Assembly (NCBI GenBank): GCA_963727505.1
Contig: CAVSGP010000004.1
Coordinates: 320,001 to 384,000 of the forward strand
Reading direction: 5' to 3'
DNA: 64,000 nt
From: an uncultured Trueperaceae bacterium
GTDB taxonomy: Bacteria; Deinococcota; Deinococci; Deinococcales; Trueperaceae
The number at the start of each line of letters is the position of its first letter. The first letter of the stretch is position 1. The position numbers and the translations under genes were made by a program. This document shows, one piece after another, positions 61,554-64,000 of the stretch. A model generated the notes under the pieces. It was not told the origin of the DNA. It worked only from the letters and a program-made list of their open reading frames with translations, and made no database searches.

Positions 61554-62876
61554 TTGTTTCGCAAGCGCATAGCCTTCGGCTTGGGAACGTTGATCGTGGC
61601 AGTGGGGCTGGTGCTGGTCGGCGCCAACCTGTTCCCGGCAGTGAGTGCGCAGTCGAGCACCACCCCGTCCGGGAATCAGCCTTCGGCGCTCCTACAGAAC
61701 GAGCAGAACACCGTCAACATCGTCAACACCTACGGCCCGAGCGTGGTGGCGATCAACGTCACCGTGCAGGGTCAACGGGTCAACCCGTTCCAGCAGCAGG
61801 GCGTGCCCCCGCAGTTCCAACAGTTCCTGCCGCAGCAGCCGCAGGTCATCCAGGCGGCCGGCTCAGGCTTCGTGATCGACGCCCAGGGGCAGATCATCAC
61901 CAACTACCACGTGGTGCGCGACGCCCTTCAGAAGGGGACGGTGCAGCTCCAGAGCAGCGCCAAGATGACGGTCACGTTCCAGGGCAGCCAGAAAGAGCTA
62001 CCGGTGCACGTGATCGGCGCGGATCCCGACTACGACCTCGCCCTGTTGCAGCTCGACAATCCCAGCAACCTGCCGAGCAACGCCACGCCGATCCCCGTCG
62101 GCAACGCCGCCAACGTGAAGGTGGGCCAGAAGGCCATCGCCATCGGCAACCCGTTCGGGCTCCAGTCGACCGTGACCGAAGGGATCGTGTCGGCCATGGG
62201 GCGTGAGCTGCCTTCCGTCGGCCAGGTGAAGATCTCCATGATCCAGACCGACGCGGCCATCAACCCCGGCAACTCCGGTGGTCCACTGCTCGACTCCGCG
62301 GGTCAGGTCATCGGCATCAACACGATGATCATCCCCGGCATGAGCGCCAACGGCCAGGCCGGCAACATCGGCATCGGCTTCGCCGTGCCGTCCAGCCTCA
62401 TCCAGAAGGCGTTGCCCGATCTGAAGAAGGGCGGCCTCACCGGCATCTACGCGCAGGCCCTCGACATCCAGAACAAGCCGCGGATCGGCGTGTCGGTCAT
62501 CGGCGTCGACAACTTCCCGAACGACGTCCGCAAGACGCTCAACATGCCCGACCAAGGTGCCGTGGTGATGCAGGTGGCCCCCGGCGGTCCCGCCGACAAG
62601 GCCGGGCTGCAGGGCCCCGGCTACCAGGCCAACGTCAACGGGCAGAACTATCCCGCCGGCGGCGACATCATCCTGCAGGCCGACGGCACCGCGATCAACA
62701 CGGTGACCGACCTCCAGCGCATCGTCCTCAGCAAGAAGGCGGGCGACAAGCTCGAGCTGCAGGTCGAACGCAACGGTAAGACGCGCAACGTCACCGTCAC
62801 GCTCGAGGTCGTGCAGCCGAGCCCGAACTCGAACGGCTCGGGCAACTCCAACGGGTCCGGCGGCTCCGGGCAGTGA
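61554..62876 (+). CDS. htrA: HtrA/DegP family serine protease with one PDZ domain
   Basis: Catalytic triad 'TNYHV', 'DYDLAL' and 'GNSGG', plus PDZ 'PGGPADKAGL'. AAGGAGGAGG RBS precedes the TTG start. Confidence 0.93.
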   Translation: MFRKRIAFGLGTLIVAVGLVLVGANLFPAVSAQSSTTPSGNQPSALLQNEQNTVNIVNTYGPSVVAINVTVQGQRVNPFQQQGVPPQFQQFLPQQPQVIQAAGSGFVIDAQGQIITNYHVVRDALQKGTVQLQSSAKMTVTFQGSQKELPVHVIGADPDYDLALLQLDNPSNLPSNATPIPVGNAANVKVGQKAIAIGNPFGLQSTVTEGIVSAMGRELPSVGQVKISMIQTDAAINPGNSGGPLLDSAGQVIGINTMIIPGMSANGQAGNIGIGFAVPSSLIQKALPDLKKGGLTGIYAQALDIQNKPRIGVSVIGVDNFPNDVRKTLNMPDQGAVVMQVAPGGPADKAGLQGPGYQANVNGQNYPAGGDIILQADGTAINTVTDLQRIVLSKKAGDKLELQVERNGKTRNVTVTLEVVQPSPNSNGSGNSNGSGGSGQ

Positions 62877-62906
62877 TGGACTGAGACGGCCCATGCAACC
62901 GGAATG

Positions 62907-62939
62907 GAAGGGAGGGCGGCCTCGAGCCGCCCTCCCTTC
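62907..62939. terminator. Hairpin between convergent genes (likely terminator)
   Basis: 14-bp perfect stem gaagggagggcggc / gccgccctcccttc with a 5-nt loop. Confidence 0.7.
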
Positions 62940-62960
62940 TTCGTGACGCATGGGTGCGCC

Positions 62961-64000
62961 TCAATCCTCCGTCGGCGGCCATGGTGCCGAGACGCCGGCG
63001 ACACGCGCCGCCACCTCCGCGACCACGCCGGCCACACCGGCCAGGTCGTGGAGCAGCCCGACGCCGGAACCGGCAAGCAGCCACCAGCGCTCGGCCACGC
63101 GACGTGCGACCGGAAGCCCGTCCGCGGGCACGCTGGTGCGTGCCCCACGCACCGCACGCACGCTCTTACCGAGATCCAGGCGGCCGGAGGCCAGCAGCGC
63201 TTCGAGCTCCGGCGCGTCGAGGAGCGCCTCCACCAGTTCGCGCCGAAGCCCCACGGGGACCCCTAGCAGGCGCCCGCCGACGGGCTCGTAGCCTACCGGA
63301 TCGGGAGGCAGCGCGGGGGCCACCAGCCGCGCCCCGCCAGGCGCCGGCCGGAACCGCCAGTTCCCCAGGCTCACGACGGGCAGCGTGACGCCGGCCGGGA
63401 ACGGCTCCAGGCGCACCCGCGGGTACTGCTGGAAGGCGGTGTCGAGACGCACCGGCCGATCCAGCGCCGACTCGGCCACCTCGGCACCGTCGGCTCCGCA
63501 CGCCACCACCACGGCCCGCGAGGCGACCGTGTGGCGGGCGCGAACCTCGAGCGTCATGCGACGGTCGAGGGCCAGCCGCTCCAACACCAGCTCCTCACCG
63601 CTCCGCGGCCGGACCCGGGTGTTGAGCATCAGGTCGGCCCCGCTACGCACGGCCTCCCGGGCGAAACGGTACGCCAGCGCGTCCCCGCCCAGGTAGCCGC
63701 CCGCCTCCAACACAGCCGGGCGGTCGGCGGCAACGCCGGTCATTGCGCGGACCGCCTCCACCGCCGGCGCCGTCAGCAGGCGATCGAGAGGCCGGGCCGC
63801 GGCGCCCTGACCGGGTGCCAGCTCGAGCCACCCCGCACGCACCCCGCCCTCCGAGGGCAGCGCCGCCTCGACCAGCGAGCGCGCCCAACGCAACGCGGCG
63901 ACCGGCACGCCCCCGCCGTCCTCGGAGATCGGCGGCAGCAGCCCGGGCGACGCCACCGTGGCGCCGCCCTCGTTGGGGATTCCGGCGGCCTCGATGAGCA
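62961..64000 (-). CDS. FAD-dependent oxidoreductase (DAO-like), 5'-truncated by window edge
   Basis: 'LIEAAGIPNEGGATVASPG', 'VVVACGADG' and 'ADGLPVA'. Confidence 0.55.
   Translation of the reverse strand, partial: LIEAAGIPNEGGATVASPGLLPPISEDGGGVPVAALRWARSLVEAALPSEGGVRAGWLELAPGQGAAARPLDRLLTAPAVEAVRAMTGVAADRPAVLEAGGYLGGDALAYRFAREAVRSGADLMLNTRVRPRSGEELVLERLALDRRMTLEVRARHTVASRAVVVACGADGAEVAESALDRPVRLDTAFQQYPRVRLEPFPAGVTLPVVSLGNWRFRPAPGGARLVAPALPPDPVGYEPVGGRLLGVPVGLRRELVEALLDAPELEALLASGRLDLGKSVRAVRGARTSVPADGLPVARRVAERWWLLAGSGVGLLHDLAGVAGVVAEVAARVAGVSAPWPPTED

Noticed and set aside
62818..62873. Short imperfect repeats (aactcgaacggctcgggc / aactccaacgggtccggc)
   Set aside because: They encode the low-complexity Ser/Asn/Gly tail of HtrA and are not an independent element.

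Overview
This is a high-GC bacterial chromosomal window, very probably from Deinococcota. Support for that assignment is DUF3248/DUF3809/DUF1999-like genes and many -10 boxes placed 6-8 nt before start codons; a Trueperaceae-like organism is a guess. Most of the window is housekeeping and transport: two peptide/nickel-type ABC systems, a Liv-type ABC system, efp-accB-accC-asp23-nusB-folD, secA, pyrF, fakA/DAK2, moaC, truA, hemL, mnmE, ddl and htrA. The main accessory-looking block (14.1-28.7 kb, all on the + strand) reads as a glycosphingolipid (ceramide) synthesis, glycosylation and export locus. It encodes an SPT-clade PLP enzyme, a bCerS/YghO-like N-acyltransferase, a CPBP protein, an extended SDR reductase, UDP-galactopyranose mutase, GT28 and GT4 glycosyltransferases, a UPF0104 flippase-like protein, a FtsX/MacB-LolD ABC exporter and an MMPL transporter. 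Sphingolipids are not an established feature of this phylum as far as I know. The second oddity is an array with a ~65-bp period right after secA, in which four copies of the last 9 secA codons differ only by synonymous changes. I recognised no rRNA, tRNA, cas gene, integrase or transposase. All family assignments come from motif recognition by eye, not database searches.
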